DNA of 64,000 nucleotides from Candidatus Marinamargulisbacteria bacterium SCGC AG-343-D04 (GTDB lineage Bacteria; Margulisbacteria; Marinamargulisbacteria; GCA-2716485; GCA-002719695): NCBI GenBank assembly GCA_003265885.1, contig QFBQ01000002.1, positions 2,358 to 66,357 of the forward strand, read 5' to 3'. Shown piece by piece: positions 61,323 to 64,000 of this stretch (position 1 is its first letter; each line of letters starts with the position of its first letter). The notes under the pieces were generated by a model. It saw only the letters and a program-made list of their open reading frames with translations, ran no database searches and was not told where the DNA came from. The position numbers and the translations under genes were made by a program.

Positions 61323-62063
61323 ATGAATAAATATATTCTCTTATGTCTTCTATTAATCACATCCAACTCTATTGCTCAGGTAAATACAGAAGCATATAGA
61401 CAAGACAAAAAAAAACTAGGTCTATACCATTCACTTTCTCTATATTTCAGTTCTATTTCTGGAAACTCTAGCTTCAGTTCTCACAAATTAAATTATCGTG
61501 GAGATTATATTGCTCAATCCTATAACTCTTTTTTTATTTATGAAAATCAGCAACGAAAGACACCCTCTAAAACAATAGCGAATAAAGGTTTTTCACATCT
61601 AAGACTTACTAAATCTTTTCACTCTCGTTTTGATTGGGAATTTTTTCTGCAAAACGAGTTCAATGATTTTACATTACTCAAAAATCGTAATTTATTGGGA
61701 CTCTCTATACGAAAAACAGCTCTTTCTTTTGCTAATCATAGCTTTCTTGTTAGTTCTGGACTCATGCTTGAAGAAGAAGACTTATCTAGCGGTAAAACCT
61801 CACGGTCTATTAGATCTACTAATTATCTTATCTACAAATATAGTTCACCAGAAAAGCTAAAGATTATCATCACATCCTATGTTCAACCTAAACTTTCTGA
61901 ATTCGCTAACTATAGAGTGTTATCTGATGCTAGTGTTTACTATGCTCTAACTAAACATATGTATTTAACAAGTGGTGTTAATTTTAGGTATAATTCTGAA
62001 CCTCCAAACAATGTTAAGTCCTATGATCTAGAACTTAACCAAGGACTTAGTTTTCTTTTTTAA
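61323..62063 (+). CDS. predicted outer-membrane beta-barrel protein (recalled as DUF481-like)
   Basis: 246 aa. It has the signal peptide MNKYILLCLLLITSNSIAQ, alternating hydrophobic beta-strand-like pattern throughout, and a C-terminus GLSFLF ending in Phe. Confidence 0.55.
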   Translation: MNKYILLCLLLITSNSIAQVNTEAYRQDKKKLGLYHSLSLYFSSISGNSSFSSHKLNYRGDYIAQSYNSFFIYENQQRKTPSKTIANKGFSHLRLTKSFHSRFDWEFFLQNEFNDFTLLKNRNLLGLSIRKTALSFANHSFLVSSGLMLEEEDLSSGKTSRSIRSTNYLIYKYSSPEKLKIIITSYVQPKLSEFANYRVLSDASVYYALTKHMYLTSGVNFRYNSEPPNNVKSYDLELNQGLSFLF

Positions 62064-62219
62064 TTACATATACAATACGACAACGTGCTTTCCCATGGTT
62101 AAGATGATTTAAAGTCTTCGATCTTAGACTTGATGATCGCCTACTCTTTCAACATTTCATTCTTAGCATTCAATATGTATAGCAAAGCAAAGCTTTGAAA
62201 CATTTAAAGGAAAAGGGTT

Positions 62220-63029
62220 CTACAAGTATGTTTTAGGTTGTTCAATAATTTTTTTTAATAAACGTAAAGGTTTAGCAAAATGAGCGCCATCAAAAAGTCT
62301 ATGGTCCAACGAAAATGTAAGTGTCACTCTATCATATTCCTGAACCGTTCCGTTTTTTATCTGAACCTGTTTGCTCGGTTTCCCTACGGCAACTACCATT
62401 CCACACCTAGAAAATGGAAATAAAGGAACATACGCCTCCTCCATTCCAAAAGACCCTATAGAGGTAACAATGAAAGATCCATAGGGGTCTTTGGATAAAC
62501 CGAATTTCGAAAAATCTATATTAAGTGAATACATAAAAAAATCAAAAACTTTTATAACCGGTTTTGTTAATAGTGATGGAAATAATTGAATCAAAAATTT
62601 CGACTTTTTCATTTCTTTATTTTTATTTTGTCTTAATTCCAAAACTTTTTCTTTTAATTTCTTTTCTATTTCAGATAAAGATAAACGATCGATATCTTGA
62701 ATGGTCACTCCCAACAAATCATAATCGTCCCCTAACCTTAAATGTGTATTAAAAAATGCAGATATATGTTTACGAACATAGATAGATCGTCGTATTAATA
62801 CTCGATTTAGATAAGGATACTGTTTAAATATAGTGGCTAATGCTTTGGCTACCACATGATTTACCGATACTTGTGTCAACCCTGATTCTTTTAAATAGGT
62901 CTTACAGTTGCTGTAGTCGAATGTTAACTTGGCATAAATAGTGGGGTTTTTAGGCTTTCCCCAGGATCCGATTGCTAACTTTCTAAAAGAACTTGATTTT
63001 TCTTTTTTAAGGGTTTCAATATTACTCAT
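62220..63029 (-). CDS. stand-alone 2-oxoacid-dehydrogenase E2-type acyltransferase catalytic domain (no lipoyl or E3-binding domains)
   Basis: 269 aa. The C-terminal catalytic motif is LTFSLDHRLFDGAHFAKPL (DHR..DG), preceded by GSFIVTSIGSFG. The ATG overlaps the upstream stop by 8 nt. Confidence 0.75.
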   Translation of the reverse strand: MSNIETLKKEKSSSFRKLAIGSWGKPKNPTIYAKLTFDYSNCKTYLKESGLTQVSVNHVVAKALATIFKQYPYLNRVLIRRSIYVRKHISAFFNTHLRLGDDYDLLGVTIQDIDRLSLSEIEKKLKEKVLELRQNKNKEMKKSKFLIQLFPSLLTKPVIKVFDFFMYSLNIDFSKFGLSKDPYGSFIVTSIGSFGMEEAYVPLFPFSRCGMVVAVGKPSKQVQIKNGTVQEYDRVTLTFSLDHRLFDGAHFAKPLRLLKKIIEQPKTYL

Positions 63030-64000
63030 CTTCTATTTGGGAGACTATTGTTTGCCCACATAAATGATAGAGCATCCTAGCTCCAGTGATGATATCGACA
63101 CTATCTTTTGGTCCATTAACTTCAACGCAGTCAAACCCCACGATAATCTTACCTGCAGTTACACACTTTTTAAGTAAATACGTCACCTTATCAAAGTCCA
63201 ATCCTCCTGGCACAGGAGTACCTGTATGTGGACAATACTGAGGATTCAACACATCAATATCCATGCTAATATAAATATTTTCGGGCAAATTATTGACTAT
63301 TTTTTTACAAATGCTATCCCAACTTTTACCAGAAAAGAGATCCTCATTGATTTGGTCGTTATAATACGTTTTGATACGTCCTTTAGAAAATTTACTTTCA
63401 TTATATTCAAGCTCACAAAAATCTCGCGCACCTACTTGAACCAAGCGAGAAACATCATTAAATTTCATCACCTGATGCATAATAGAGGCATGAGAATAGT
63501 CAAAACCTTGATAAGAGATTCTAAGATCTAAATGTGCATCAAATTGAAGAACCGCAAATGAGTTAATATTATCGATTAATGCAGAAATGAGTCCATAAGA
63601 AGCGCTATGATCTCCTCCAACAAGACCTATAATTTTATTGTCCTTAATACAGGTTTTTGCATGCTCATATATAGCATCATTAAAGGTTTCACTTGCTTTA
63701 TTAATGTCTACTAGATTCTTTTCTTGCGCATCGCTTAATTCTTTTCCTTGTTCTAAAGCGGTCATAATTTCTTGAGCAGAGTCTTGATACTTCCCATTAA
63801 GTGCTTGAAGTTTTTTATCTTCCTCTAGCATATGAACCCCATAGGCTACTAAATCAGAATAAAAATCTGTGTTGAACAAGTCTATTTGTGAAGACGAATC
63901 TAGAATTTTTTGTGGAGATAGAGATGCTCCTTTTCTATAACTTGTAGTTAGATCCCAGGGTGCAGGAATTAAAATAAGTTCTGCCGATTCATAATCAGAT
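63022..64000 (-). CDS. arginase/agmatinase/formimidoylglutamase-family metallohydrolase (5' end beyond the window)
   Basis: Family motifs are GLVGGDHSASYG, LQFDAHLDLR and SMDIDVLNPQYCPHTGTPVPGG. The track starts it at a TTG (63879), but the frame stays open to the window edge. There it reads ...AELILIPAPWDLTTSYRKGASLSPQKILDSS, which is the usual N-terminal region of this family. Confidence 0.75.
   Translation of the reverse strand, partial: SDYESAELILIPAPWDLTTSYRKGASLSPQKILDSSSQIDLFNTDFYSDLVAYGVHMLEEDKKLQALNGKYQDSAQEIMTALEQGKELSDAQEKNLVDINKASETFNDAIYEHAKTCIKDNKIIGLVGGDHSASYGLISALIDNINSFAVLQFDAHLDLRISYQGFDYSHASIMHQVMKFNDVSRLVQVGARDFCELEYNESKFSKGRIKTYYNDQINEDLFSGKSWDSICKKIVNNLPENIYISMDIDVLNPQYCPHTGTPVPGGLDFDKVTYLLKKCVTAGKIIVGFDCVEVNGPKDSVDIITGARMLYHLCGQTIVSQIEDE

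Overview
Dense, visibly AT-rich bacterial chromosomal segment with about 60 protein genes, one tRNA and one riboswitch. I saw no rRNA, CRISPR array, transposase, integrase or phage genes. Layout: (i) 1-5.0 kb is a vitamin B12 module: metH (partial), a cobalamin riboswitch, a TonB-dependent receptor and a small membrane protein. (ii) 5.0-8.1 kb holds a TMTC/PMT-like membrane glycosyltransferase with TPRs, a signal-peptide FAH-family enzyme and a VIT1 transporter. (iii) 8.1-21.1 kb is a mostly minus-strand, extra AT-rich pseudaminic-acid (nonulosonic acid) glycan cluster. It has pseB, pseC, a pseG-pseH fusion, pseI and an SpsF-like cytidylyltransferase. It also has non-canonical accessory enzymes (class-III aminotransferase, FemAB-like acyl/aminoacyl transferase, aldo-keto reductase), a GT4 and two paralogous 466-aa putative transferases. 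(iv) 21.4-31.5 kb is mostly housekeeping: mpg, tRNA-Glu, M29 aminopeptidase, menB-arsC-like-menC-menE, rplY, nth and xth, plus a eukaryote-like RI-type LRR protein. (v) 31.8-36.1 kb is the most unusual part: a tandemly duplicated pair of diverged genes encoding large-clostridial-toxin-like (DXD, GT44-type) glycosyltransferases. A recognisable duplication scar lies between them. I read them as candidate secreted host-targeting effectors. (vi) 36.3-64 kb is metabolic and housekeeping: leuA, leuB, MTHFS, djlA, HAD, AKR, acs, an AmmeMemoRadiSam-type radical SAM enzyme, mrp with a DUF971 tail, osmC, hemB, hisI, yidD, cysS, type III glutamine synthetase, thiolase, acetoacetyl-CoA synthetase, a predicted OM barrel, a stand-alone E2-type acyltransferase and an arginase-family enzyme (partial). 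This stretch also contains a second candidate novel module: a divergent AraC regulator, a KamA-family radical SAM aminomutase and a translationally coupled adrenodoxin-type [2Fe-2S] protein. The gene content (classical men genes, RI-type LRR, LCT-like glycosyltransferases, compact AT-rich genome, clear Shine-Dalgarno sites) fits an amoeba- or host-associated intracellular bacterium, for example an environmental chlamydia or a Legionellales member. That is inference and cannot be established from this window. All family assignments come from reading the translated ORFs and recalling motifs; no database search was run.
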